From: Okamejei kenojei
Lineage: Eukaryota
DNA: 64,000 bases
Assembly: GCA_035221665.1 (NCBI GenBank)
Contig: CM069137.1
Location: 41,230,001-41,294,000, forward strand
Direction of reading: 5' to 3'
Both the position numbers and the translations under genes were made by a program. The notes under the pieces were generated by a model. It did not search any database. It had not been told where the DNA came from and worked only from the letters and a program-made list of their open reading frames with translations. Shown here one piece after another: positions 63,974 through 64,000 of the stretch (the stretch's first letter is position 1; each line of letters begins with the position of its first letter).

Positions 63974-64000
63974 GTAACCACACAGTTATACAACTCAGGG

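Overview
Repeat-dense vertebrate genomic DNA, most likely from a cartilaginous fish (skate or ray). That taxon is inferred from HE1/V-SINE-like SINEs, abundant CR1 LINEs, and Penelope, DIRS and Gypsy elements. The only host genes are a + strand tandem cluster of four SPP2 (secreted phosphoprotein 24)-like genes: the degraded 3' half of copy 0 (298-3289), an intact 9-exon, 209-aa copy A (26729-31293), a partly eroded copy B (40885-44975), and the first four exons of copy C (62399-63973, running off the window). Each encodes a signal peptide and a cystatin/SPP24-type domain. Where visible (copies 0, A, B) this is followed by a tail of identical-length 45-nt phase-0 microexons encoding a repeated (S-K-S-x-E-x-S-x-E-E-S-S-N)-like motif. 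This gives an SCPP-like, FAM20C-substrate architecture built on an SPP2 scaffold. The intergenic DNA is mostly nested transposons whose boundaries, LTRs, PBS/PPT, ICRs and target-site duplications can be read directly. Most entries in the ORF track are TE remnants or spurious. All calls were made by eye; family names for TE fragments need database confirmation.
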